Origin: an uncultured Bacilli bacterium
GTDB lineage: Bacteria; Bacillota_I; Bacilli_A; RF39; UBA660
Length of the DNA stretch: 48,515 bases
Assembly (NCBI GenBank): GCA_944331835.1
Contig: CALVIU010000002.1
Span: 1-48,515, forward strand
Direction of reading: 5' to 3'
Shown here: positions 19,520 through 28,050 of the stretch, piece after piece
Numbering within the stretch: the first letter of the stretch is position 1
How the letters are laid out: each line of letters starts with the position of its first letter
The notes under the pieces: generated by a model
Databases searched by the model: none
What the model saw: only the letters and a program-made list of their open reading frames with translations
What the model was told of the DNA's origin: nothing
Program-made: the position numbers and the translations under genes

Positions 19520-21142
19520 ATGACAACATTTATTTTTGGACATAAAAGTCCCGATACTGATACAGTATGTTCAAGTATTGCTTTGTCATATTTAAAAAAT
19601 GAACTTGGGGGCAAAACCGTTCCTAAAGTTTTAGGTAATATCAATAATGAAACAAAATTTGTATTAAATTATTTTAAGGTACCTGTTCCAAGTTACTTAA
19701 ATGATGTTAGGGTTAGAATAAAAAATATTAAGTATGATAAAAAAGCATATATAAATGAGGAGTCATCTATTGATGCAGCATTTAAATTAATGCAAAAACA
19801 AAATATAACAGCTATTCCTTTAATAGATGAAAAGAAAAAATTAACAGGTTATGTAACTTTAAAAGAAATTGCCCGTTATTTAATCAATGGTAATAAGGAA
19901 ATAGTTAACACTAAATTGGATAATATTATTGAAACTCTTAATGCCAAAGTTATAACAAAGTTTGATGATTATATTTCTGGTGATATATTAATCGCCGGAT
20001 TAGAAGATAAAACAATAAAAAAAGAAATAGAAATATCAGAAAGAGATATTTTAATCGTTGGAGATCGGTATAAAGTATTAGATTATGCCATCGAACAACA
20101 TGTTAAGTTAATTATCTTGCCATTGAATATTAATATTGACAGTAAAATTATTAAAAAAGCGGAAAAAAATCATGTTAATATTATAGCATCAGAATTAGAT
20201 AGCTTTCAAATTGCCAACAAAATACTTTTAAGCAATTATATTAAGAGCATTAACACTAATAAAAATCCTGTTACTGTTTATAACGATGATTATTTTACAG
20301 ATTTCAAAACGATGACTCACAAAGTAAATCATACTAATTATCCAGTTATCAACAATAAAAATGAGTGCTTAGGATTAATTAGATTAACTGGACCAAATGA
20401 TTATGAAAAACAAAAAGTAATATTAGTTGATCATAATAATTTAGCTCAATCAGTCGACGGTATTGAAGAAGCTAATATTCTAGAAATTATTGACCACCAT
20501 AACCTTGGTGCAATTGGTACTAGTGTACCTATTAATTTCAGATCTAAACCAGTTGGTTGCACTTCAACGATGATTTATGATATGTTTACTGAAAATAAAG
20601 TAAGTATTCCTAAAAATATCGCCGGATTAATGCTTTCAGCAATTCTTTCAGATACGTTATTATTAACTAGCCCAACAACAACGGAAGATGACAGATTTGC
20701 TGCTGTAAAATTAGCTAATATTGCTAAAGTTGATATTGATACTTATGGTTTGGAAATGTTAAAAGCTGCTAGTTCCATTGAAGGTAAAACTGTTGAAGAA
20801 CTGATTAAAACTGACTTTAAAACATATAATGTTGGAACTAAAACATTGGGTATAGGTCAAATAATGACCATGGATTTTGATACTATTGAGAAAAATGTTG
20901 ATGAATTTATAAATAAATTAAATGAAATGGTCGATACTAATTATAGTATCGTAGTAATATTTATTACCGATATTATCAAAAATGGTTCATATGTTTTATA
21001 TAACGAAAAAGCTGCTGATATTATCGCCGATAGTTTTGGTATTAAAAATATTCATCAAGGAGTATTTTTACCAAAGATGGTATCTCGTAAAAAACAAATA
21101 TTACCAGCTATTTTAAATACGATAGATAATTCTGATAATTAG
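19520..21142 (+). CDS. ppaC: Mn-dependent inorganic pyrophosphatase with CBS-DRTGG insert
   Basis: GHKSPDTD, LVDHN, IIDHH, SDTL, SRKKQ; CBS/DRTGG region between. Confidence 0.93.
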   Translation: MTTFIFGHKSPDTDTVCSSIALSYLKNELGGKTVPKVLGNINNETKFVLNYFKVPVPSYLNDVRVRIKNIKYDKKAYINEESSIDAAFKLMQKQNITAIPLIDEKKKLTGYVTLKEIARYLINGNKEIVNTKLDNIIETLNAKVITKFDDYISGDILIAGLEDKTIKKEIEISERDILIVGDRYKVLDYAIEQHVKLIILPLNINIDSKIIKKAEKNHVNIIASELDSFQIANKILLSNYIKSINTNKNPVTVYNDDYFTDFKTMTHKVNHTNYPVINNKNECLGLIRLTGPNDYEKQKVILVDHNNLAQSVDGIEEANILEIIDHHNLGAIGTSVPINFRSKPVGCTSTMIYDMFTENKVSIPKNIAGLMLSAILSDTLLLTSPTTTEDDRFAAVKLANIAKVDIDTYGLEMLKAASSIEGKTVEELIKTDFKTYNVGTKTLGIGQIMTMDFDTIEKNVDEFINKLNEMVDTNYSIVVIFITDIIKNGSYVLYNEKAADIIADSFGIKNIHQGVFLPKMVSRKKQILPAILNTIDNSDN

Positions 21143-21152
21143 GATGTGATTT

Positions 21153-21908
21153 ATGAAAGCATTAGTAACTGGAGCATCCTCCGGAATAGGAAAACACATG
21201 GCTTATTATCTAGCTGATAAAAATATTGATTTAATTTTAGTAGCTAGAAATAAAAAAGCAATGGAAAAGATAAAAAAAGAAGTTAATGTTTCTGTTAAAA
21301 TAATTTCTCTTGATTTAACAAAAATTGAAAATGTCTATAAGCTTTATGAACAAACTAAAAGTGAAAAAATTGATATTTTAATTAACAATGCCGGATTTGG
21401 TTTATTTGGAACTTTTGCGGAAACTAACCTCGATAGAGAATTAGAAATGATTGATTTAAATATCAAAGCATATCATATACTAACAAAGTTATATCTTAAA
21501 GATTTTATTAAAAAAGATTCTGGGTATATTTTAAATGTTTGTTCCAGTGCAGGATTTATGGCGGGTCCAAGACTTAGTACTTACTATGCGACCAAAAATT
21601 ACATTACTAAACTTACAATGGCTATCAATGAAGAATTACGTCAAGCGGGAAGTAATGTATCTATTTCAGCTCTTTGTCCGGGACCAGTAAATACTAACTT
21701 TAACAAAGTAGCCCATGGCGAGTTTTCTATTAGAGAAGCTGACCCTGCATATGTTACTAAATATGCAATTGATAAGATGTTTGCTCGTAAGATGCTAATA
21801 GTTCCAACATTTAAAATGAAATTAACACTTTTTGCAAGCAGATTTGCTCCATATAGGTTACAATTACTTATTGCTTATCATATTCAAGGAAAAAAATTAG
21901 GCAAATAA
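21153..21908 (+). CDS. short-chain dehydrogenase/reductase
   Basis: TGASSGIG, NNAG, YYATK. Confidence 0.92.
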   Translation: MKALVTGASSGIGKHMAYYLADKNIDLILVARNKKAMEKIKKEVNVSVKIISLDLTKIENVYKLYEQTKSEKIDILINNAGFGLFGTFAETNLDRELEMIDLNIKAYHILTKLYLKDFIKKDSGYILNVCSSAGFMAGPRLSTYYATKNYITKLTMAINEELRQAGSNVSISALCPGPVNTNFNKVAHGEFSIREADPAYVTKYAIDKMFARKMLIVPTFKMKLTLFASRFAPYRLQLLIAYHIQGKKLGK

Positions 21909-21941
21909 TAAATAAACTCAAAAGTGACAAAAAGAAACTTA

Positions 21942-21972
21942 AAATTGGTAGTAATCAACTATCAATTTTTTT
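21942..21972 (+). terminator. intrinsic terminator
   Basis: AAATTGGTAGT-AATCA-ACTATCAATTT followed by T-run. Confidence 0.65.
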
Positions 21973-21983
21973 ATGCTTGATAT

Positions 21984-22097
21984 ATGAAAAGAATTATTGA
22001 AGAAATTAAAGATTTAATTAAGGTAATAATATATGTTGGTATAGTAATAATGCTAATTATCTCAGTATTTTTCTTTATGCATTTCATCTCTTTATGA
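21984..22097 (+). CDS. possible 37-aa single-TM peptide MKRIIEEIKDLIKVIIYVGIVIMLIISVFFFMHFISL
   Basis: Manual translation; not in the ORF track; no clear RBS. Confidence 0.35.
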   Translation: MKRIIEEIKDLIKVIIYVGIVIMLIISVFFFMHFISL

Positions 22098-22120
22098 TAT
22101 ACTAGTAATAGGTGATGTAA

Positions 22121-23323
22121 ATGAAAAAATATATTATAATTGGTAGTATTATTGTAATAGTTTTAATCGGCGGGTTTTTAACATGGCATTATCTGCGGGT
22201 CAAATATGCTAATGTTGAGCTTGTTTTAAAAGAAGATTTAGATATTGAGTTTTTAAGTGATGCTAAAGTATCAGATTTCATTGAGAGTTTAAATGGTGAA
22301 ATTATTGATGATAAAAAAATTGATACAACAAAAGTTGGGAACCAAGAAGTAGTGTTTAAATATATTAATGAAGATAATATAGAATTAGAATGTTCTTATA
22401 ATATAAATGTAGTTGATGTAACACCACCTCTTGTATGGCTAAATGGTACTTATAATGTTAACGTTGGAAGCGAAGACACATTAGCTGATGATATTTTATG
22501 CGGAGATGATTTTGATTCTAATCCTACTTGTGAAATAATCGGAGACTATAACATGGACGAGGCAGGTTCTTATGATTTAGTTTTTAAAGCAACTGATTCT
22601 AGTGGTAATGTAACTGAAAAAGAATTTACATTAAATGTTCGCGTTCCATCAGGTAGTAGTGGACCTTCATCAAGTGGTACTAGAAGCAGGACTGAATTTG
22701 CTGATGTTATCGCTGAATACAAAACTGAAAATACCGAAATAGGCATTGATGTTTCTAAATGGCAAGGTGACATTGACTTTGATGCCTTAAAGTCTGCCGG
22801 TGTAGAATTTGTCATTATTCGAGTTGGAACTGCTGATGGTATTGATGGCGAATATCTTTTAGATAGTAAATTTAAACAAAATATCGAAGGTGCCAATAAA
22901 GCGGGAATTCCTGTAGGTATATATTTTTATTCTTATGCTAATTCAAAAGATAGAGCCATAGCGGATGCTAAGTGGATTTTAAAACAAATTGAAGGTTACC
23001 AAGTTGATTTGCCAATTGCTTTTGACTGGGAAAATTGGAGTTTCTATAATGAATTTAATCTAAGCTTCTTTGGGCTTACTGACATGGCCAATAGTTTTTT
23101 GAATGTTGTTGAAGATGCTGGATATGAAGGAATGCTTTATAGTAGTAAAACCTATTTAGAAAATATATGGCTTAATACAGATTATCCAGTATGGCTTGCT
23201 CATTATACTAGTAAAACCAACTATGCTGGAGCATTTTCTTATTGGCAACTATGTAATAATGGACGTGTTTCAGGCATCAATGGTGATGTTGACATAAATA
23301 TTCGTTATTTAGCAACCGAGTAG
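22121..23323 (+). CDS. membrane-anchored GH25 muramidase with Ig-like domains
   Basis: GIDVSKWQG, VIIRVG, GIYFYSYA, FDWE, WLAHY, VDIN; N-terminal TM and VVDVTPP/ATDSSGN Ig-like modules. Confidence 0.9.
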   Translation: MKKYIIIGSIIVIVLIGGFLTWHYLRVKYANVELVLKEDLDIEFLSDAKVSDFIESLNGEIIDDKKIDTTKVGNQEVVFKYINEDNIELECSYNINVVDVTPPLVWLNGTYNVNVGSEDTLADDILCGDDFDSNPTCEIIGDYNMDEAGSYDLVFKATDSSGNVTEKEFTLNVRVPSGSSGPSSSGTRSRTEFADVIAEYKTENTEIGIDVSKWQGDIDFDALKSAGVEFVIIRVGTADGIDGEYLLDSKFKQNIEGANKAGIPVGIYFYSYANSKDRAIADAKWILKQIEGYQVDLPIAFDWENWSFYNEFNLSFFGLTDMANSFLNVVEDAGYEGMLYSSKTYLENIWLNTDYPVWLAHYTSKTNYAGAFSYWQLCNNGRVSGINGDVDINIRYLATE

Positions 23324-23445
23324 CACTAAATTTAAGTTAAAACGCAACCAAGTTACAATTTGCAACCGTAATTTGACAAAAAACAACCTAAAGTTGGTAG
23401 TTAAAAAACTAATAATTTAATAAAATTTATGGCGAGGTGAGGAAA

Positions 23446-24969
23446 ATGAAGTTTTGTGAAAAACTCCAAAAATTAAGAAAAGAGAAAGGATATTCTCAAG
23501 AGCAATTAGCGGATTTGCTAGATGTATCTCGTCAATCTGTATCTAAATGGGAATCTGGAACAACTTATCCAGAAATGGATAAATTATTAAGTTTATGTAA
23601 AATATTCGATGTTACATTAGATGACTTAACTAATGACGAAATAACAGATAAAACTATAAAAGAAAAAAGTAAAAATAATTTTAGTAGTTTTGTATATGCT
23701 ATTTTAGATATGATTAATAAAAGCATTGAAATGTTTAAAAATATGAACAAAAAAGAAGTAATAAAATGTATTTCTGAGTTATTTATATTGGTAATCATTT
23801 TATTAATATTTAAATTTCCTTTTAATTATATTGATTCATTAGCAAAAGATATTTTTATTAATTTTTCAGATAATACATTTAATGCTTTAAATAGTATCTG
23901 GTTATTTCTATCTAATACAATTTATTTAATATTATTTATAACAATATTTATCTATGTTTATAAAATTAGATTCTTAGATAAATACAATTATGAAACTACT
24001 TTAAAAAATAAAGAAAAAGAAACAAGTGAAATGGCAGTAGACCCAGAAGAAAAAAATATAGAGTTGCCTTCTAAAACGAGAGAAAAACATTCATTTATAT
24101 TATTTGATGTTTTAGGGTCAATATTTAATATATTTATAAAAATATGTTTATTGTTTATTATAGTTCCTTTAATTATTTGTTTTATATTTTTAGTAATATG
24201 CACAACTATTGCTTTGATAATTCAATTTTTAGGAATACACTATATTGGAGTATTCATTGCCTTAATCGGAGCAACATTGGCAGTTGGTATTATTATGGAA
24301 TTATTTATTAGATTCCTTTTGAGTAGCACAGTTCCTTTTAAACGAATGTTTTCATTATTTCTAATTGGAATAATTACTTTTGGTGTTGGATCTGGCTTAA
24401 CAACTTACGAAGTTTCAAAAATTAAATTCTATGACGAAATACCAGAAAATATCCAAAAGAGCAAAATAGAAAATACTTATGATATGAGTGAAAATTTATT
24501 CTTTAGAGCAGATTTATATACTGATGGCATTAACTATAAAATAGATGATACGCTTAGCAACAAAGTAAAAGTTGAAATTGCTTACTATGAAGATTTTCTC
24601 AAAGTAGATACACATATGGAAGATGAATTTTACGTAATAAATTCTTATTCATTGTGGAATAATACAATAAATTATCTTGATATACTTAAAAATGATTTGA
24701 AAAATAAAACAATATATAACTATGAACTTTTAGGAAAAGTTGATATAACTATTACTTCCAGTTCAGCAAATATTGATATTATTAAGAAAAATAGTCAAAG
24801 TTATTATGAAAAACTTCATGAAAATACAGAAAATTATTATATTTATCAAGAAGAAATATATAATCTTCAAGAAGAATTGCAAAATAAAAACAATGAAAAT
24901 GCTCAATTGCGTGAAAAAATCGATGAATTACAAGCTAAGTTAGATAATATTAATAGTGTTATAGGATAG
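23446..24969 (+). CDS. XRE-family HTH protein with transmembrane and extracellular domains
   Basis: LQKLRKEKGYSQEQLADLLDVSRQSVSKWESG; about 5 TM segments; C-terminal coiled coil. Confidence 0.85.
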   Translation: MKFCEKLQKLRKEKGYSQEQLADLLDVSRQSVSKWESGTTYPEMDKLLSLCKIFDVTLDDLTNDEITDKTIKEKSKNNFSSFVYAILDMINKSIEMFKNMNKKEVIKCISELFILVIILLIFKFPFNYIDSLAKDIFINFSDNTFNALNSIWLFLSNTIYLILFITIFIYVYKIRFLDKYNYETTLKNKEKETSEMAVDPEEKNIELPSKTREKHSFILFDVLGSIFNIFIKICLLFIIVPLIICFIFLVICTTIALIIQFLGIHYIGVFIALIGATLAVGIIMELFIRFLLSSTVPFKRMFSLFLIGIITFGVGSGLTTYEVSKIKFYDEIPENIQKSKIENTYDMSENLFFRADLYTDGINYKIDDTLSNKVKVEIAYYEDFLKVDTHMEDEFYVINSYSLWNNTINYLDILKNDLKNKTIYNYELLGKVDITITSSSANIDIIKKNSQSYYEKLHENTENYYIYQEEIYNLQEELQNKNNENAQLREKIDELQAKLDNINSVIG

Positions 24970-25049
24970 GGTAAAAACCTATTCTTTTGTTATTCTCCAC
25001 TTTTAAAATTCCCCAAAAAATATTATAATAAATACAACGGGTGGTTTAA

Positions 25050-25553
25050 ATGTGGATAAATATAGATATAGATTTAAACATTGAGGAAATAGCAAATTAT
25101 TTGCAAGAACTATCAACATCATTACATGACCCAATATATTTATCTTTTAATACAACAGTATCATATGCTGAAGTTTCAAGTTATCTAAATTCACTATTAG
25201 CTATTATTGTTAGTTTAGGATTAGATATCCGTATTGGACCGCATTTTATTGATGAGGGGTTTGTTTCTAAAGGTCAAATAAAAAATGAAGATGAATTATA
25301 TTTTTTAACACCTGGAGAAAAAGTTATTTGGTATACAAAGCATTACTCAGTACCAGATATTCATACGATTATATTTCTAGGGACCCATTTTGGCATTGAC
25401 CCATTAATCGTTAAAACAAAAGATAAAAGTAAAAGATATCAATATCACTTTATTCAACGCGAACCAATCGATTTAGAAATATCTAAACTAATAGGTAATG
25501 AAAGATTAAATTTAACAAGAATGAAAAGGAATGGTTATGAAAACAACAATTAA
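25050..25553 (+). CDS. hypothetical protein
   Basis: 167-aa ORF with GGGTGG RBS and upstream TATAAT. Confidence 0.55.
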   Translation: MWINIDIDLNIEEIANYLQELSTSLHDPIYLSFNTTVSYAEVSSYLNSLLAIIVSLGLDIRIGPHFIDEGFVSKGQIKNEDELYFLTPGEKVIWYTKHYSVPDIHTIIFLGTHFGIDPLIVKTKDKSKRYQYHFIQREPIDLEISKLIGNERLNLTRMKRNGYENNN

Positions 25554-26025
25554 TATTAATTTAAAAAAGAAAGATGATTTTTATAGTAGATATTCAAGTA
25601 AAAAACTTTCCTCAGAATTGACTGATTATATTTATAATGAATGTTATGGTGAAAACTACAAAAATAACATAGTTATCAACATCTATACTAAATTAAAAAT
25701 AAGTGATGCAGAGAAAAATGCTATGATGGATACAGTAAGAAGAACATTTGGTTTGAAAGTCCAAGATGAATTATATTATTATGAAAAAGCCAAATTTAAA
25801 AAAACTATCCTATTTTTAATAGGAATAGTTTTGATTGTAATCTACTACTTATCTTTTATTGAAGTATTAAGTGAGATTATTTTAATATTAGGATGGCTAG
25901 CAATCTGGGAATCAGTTTATAGTTTCCTTGCTGATTCTAGTAAAGATTATATTCGTATATATCGTTTACGTAAACTAGCCTCATCCCGAATTTATTTTGT
26001 TTCACAACAAGATTCTAATTCTTGA
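25537..26025 (+). CDS. hypothetical membrane protein
   Basis: Two C-terminal TM helices with ILGWLAIWE motif; AAAGGA RBS. Confidence 0.7.
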   Translation: MKTTININLKKKDDFYSRYSSKKLSSELTDYIYNECYGENYKNNIVINIYTKLKISDAEKNAMMDTVRRTFGLKVQDELYYYEKAKFKKTILFLIGIVLIVIYYLSFIEVLSEIILILGWLAIWESVYSFLADSSKDYIRIYRLRKLASSRIYFVSQQDSNS

Positions 26026-26261
26026 GATAAAGTCTTTAATGCCGACTTTATCTTTTTTTCATCTTCAGCTTCTAAAGTATAATATCCGAGTTTATATGCT
26101 AAATCGAATACTTCTTTAGTTTCTTTATTTATTTCTTTAAACATACTTAGATATTCTTTATATAGTTTATTACAACTTGCTTCATTCATCACATAAGTCA
26201 TATTAACTGATAGACATTTTAGAGTATCTAAAGTATCCATTATATATTCTTTATCACTCAT
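25992..26261 (-). CDS. Coat F-like spore coat protein
   Basis: MSDKEYIMDTL...NEASC..LY...FDLAYKLGYY pattern; GGAGGG RBS. Confidence 0.7.
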   Translation of the reverse strand: MSDKEYIMDTLDTLKCLSVNMTYVMNEASCNKLYKEYLSMFKEINKETKEVFDLAYKLGYYTLEAEDEKKIKSALKTLSQELESCCETK

Positions 26262-26466
26262 TTGTCTCACCCTCCAACAACTTAATTAATGTATTACAAT
26301 TTTTAAAATGCATATCTGCTAAAGAACTTAATTTTTTAGCAATTTCTTCATTTTCAATATTTTCAATATAATCATCAAATTTTTTCATTGCCACAAAATT
26401 CCAATTAAACATATCTTTTATATATGCGCTGTCTTTTGTGGAAATCATTTCAGGAACATTTTTCAT
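26254..26466 (-). CDS. small ferritin-like spore-coat-associated protein
   Basis: PEMISTKDSAYIKDMFNWN...MHFKN pattern typical of the partner gene upstream of Coat F genes; GGGAGG RBS. Confidence 0.65.
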   Translation of the reverse strand: MKNVPEMISTKDSAYIKDMFNWNFVAMKKFDDYIENIENEEIAKKLSSLADMHFKNCNTLIKLLEGETNE

Positions 26467-26552
26467 AACTTTACCTCCCAGTAATATTATTGGCGAATAT
26501 TTATTTTATAATCTGTAATTTTTTGGTATAATCTAATCATAGGTGATATTTA

Positions 26553-27305
26553 ATGAAAAGAACAAACAAAGCATTTATGGGAATTTTAATGACTGGTTAT
26601 GCATTACTAATGATTTTTATAGTATTTGTTGGAGTAAATGTCTATCAAGGAATAGTTACCGAAAAGAAATTAGATAATGAATTTGCTCAAATAGAATATT
26701 TAATTGATACAAACGGAATAACTGATAATACAATTGACATTAAATTAAATAGTTATGTATCTGATGGCGATTATTTAGATGTCGAAATGGCTATTAAAGA
26801 ATATCTTCGTGATTTATTATTTGAATGTCGTAGATTAGAAGACGTTTATAATAATTCCCAACTTAATATGGTTATAAATTTATATAATTTCGATGAAGAT
26901 GCTCCATATTTTGAAAATTCTAAAAAAATAATTGCTGAAGCCCGTATTAATTTAGAAGATATTGGAAATAATTTAAATGCTTTATTTGATGAAGATAAAA
27001 TAATGTCATATGCTCAAAATTATGATTTAGAATATTACTATTTAGATTATTATAAAAATTCTATGATTGATCATGATATAATTGATGAAAATAGAAAAGA
27101 TATTGATAGTAGTATTGATTATGGCATTTCTATGCTTAATGCTTATACTGAATATTTTACTTTTTTAAGTGATAATTCTGCATACTGGACAATGGATGAA
27201 GAATATATATACTTCGATACTGATGAACTTGTCGAAGAATATAACCGTTTATTAGATATAATAAATAATATGGAATTTACAACAGATATTGAAAATTATA
27301 TTTAA
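26553..27305 (+). CDS. hypothetical membrane-anchored acidic protein
   Basis: N-terminal TM helix; AGGTGA RBS. Confidence 0.7.
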   Translation: MKRTNKAFMGILMTGYALLMIFIVFVGVNVYQGIVTEKKLDNEFAQIEYLIDTNGITDNTIDIKLNSYVSDGDYLDVEMAIKEYLRDLLFECRRLEDVYNNSQLNMVINLYNFDEDAPYFENSKKIIAEARINLEDIGNNLNALFDEDKIMSYAQNYDLEYYYLDYYKNSMIDHDIIDENRKDIDSSIDYGISMLNAYTEYFTFLSDNSAYWTMDEEYIYFDTDELVEEYNRLLDIINNMEFTTDIENYI

Positions 27306-27314
27306 AATATTGTA

Positions 27315-27349
27315 AATGTCATTTAATAGTCACTTTTAAAAAATATACT
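27315..27349 (+). promoter_or_regulatory. putative OmpR/PhoB-type direct repeat and -10 box
   Basis: GTCAtTT / GTCAcTT at 11-bp period (27318, 27329) over the -35 position; TATACT 27344-27349. Confidence 0.5.
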
Positions 27350-27370
27350 GGTATTGAAAGGACTGATTAG

Positions 27371-28048
27371 ATGGAAATTTTAAAAGTTGAAAATTTATCG
27401 AAAGTCTATGGTAAAGGTGAAACTAAAATTAAAGCCGTAGATGATATTTCGTTTAGTGTTGAAAAAGGAGATTTTGTTGCTATTGTTGGAGCATCAGGTA
27501 GTGGTAAATCGACACTTTTGCATTTACTTGGTGGGGTAGATAGACCTACTAAAGGGAAAGTGTTTATTGATGGAGTAGATATTTATGCTATGGACAATGA
27601 TGCTCTAGCCATTTTTAGAAGAAGACAAGTAGGATTAATTTATCAATTTTATAATTTGATACCTATATTAGATGTTGAAGAAAATATTACCCTTCCTGCT
27701 AAATTAGATGGAGCAGAAGTTGATAAAAAACATTTGAATGATTTACTCGAAACTTTAGGTTTAGAAAATCGCAAAAAACATTTACCAAATGAACTTTCTG
27801 GTGGACAACAACAAAGAGTTTCAATTGGTAGAGCCATAATTAACAATCCTGCCTTAGTTATGGCGGATGAACCAACAGGTAATTTGGACTCTAAAGCCAG
27901 TGATGAAATAATTGCTTTACTAAAAAAATCTAACCAAAAATATAATCAAACAATTATTGTTATAACTCATGATTTAGAGATAGCCTCAAGTGCTAATCGT
28001 ATCATTACTATCGAAGATGGTAAGATAATTAGTGATGTAAGGAACTAA
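27371..28048 (+). CDS. ABC transporter ATP-binding protein (LolD/MacB type)
   Basis: GASGSGKST, LSGGQQQR, ADEPTGNLD, ITHD. Confidence 0.95.
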   Translation: MEILKVENLSKVYGKGETKIKAVDDISFSVEKGDFVAIVGASGSGKSTLLHLLGGVDRPTKGKVFIDGVDIYAMDNDALAIFRRRQVGLIYQFYNLIPILDVEENITLPAKLDGAEVDKKHLNDLLETLGLENRKKHLPNELSGGQQQRVSIGRAIINNPALVMADEPTGNLDSKASDEIIALLKKSNQKYNQTIIVITHDLEIASSANRIITIEDGKIISDVRN

Positions 28049-28050
28049 CC

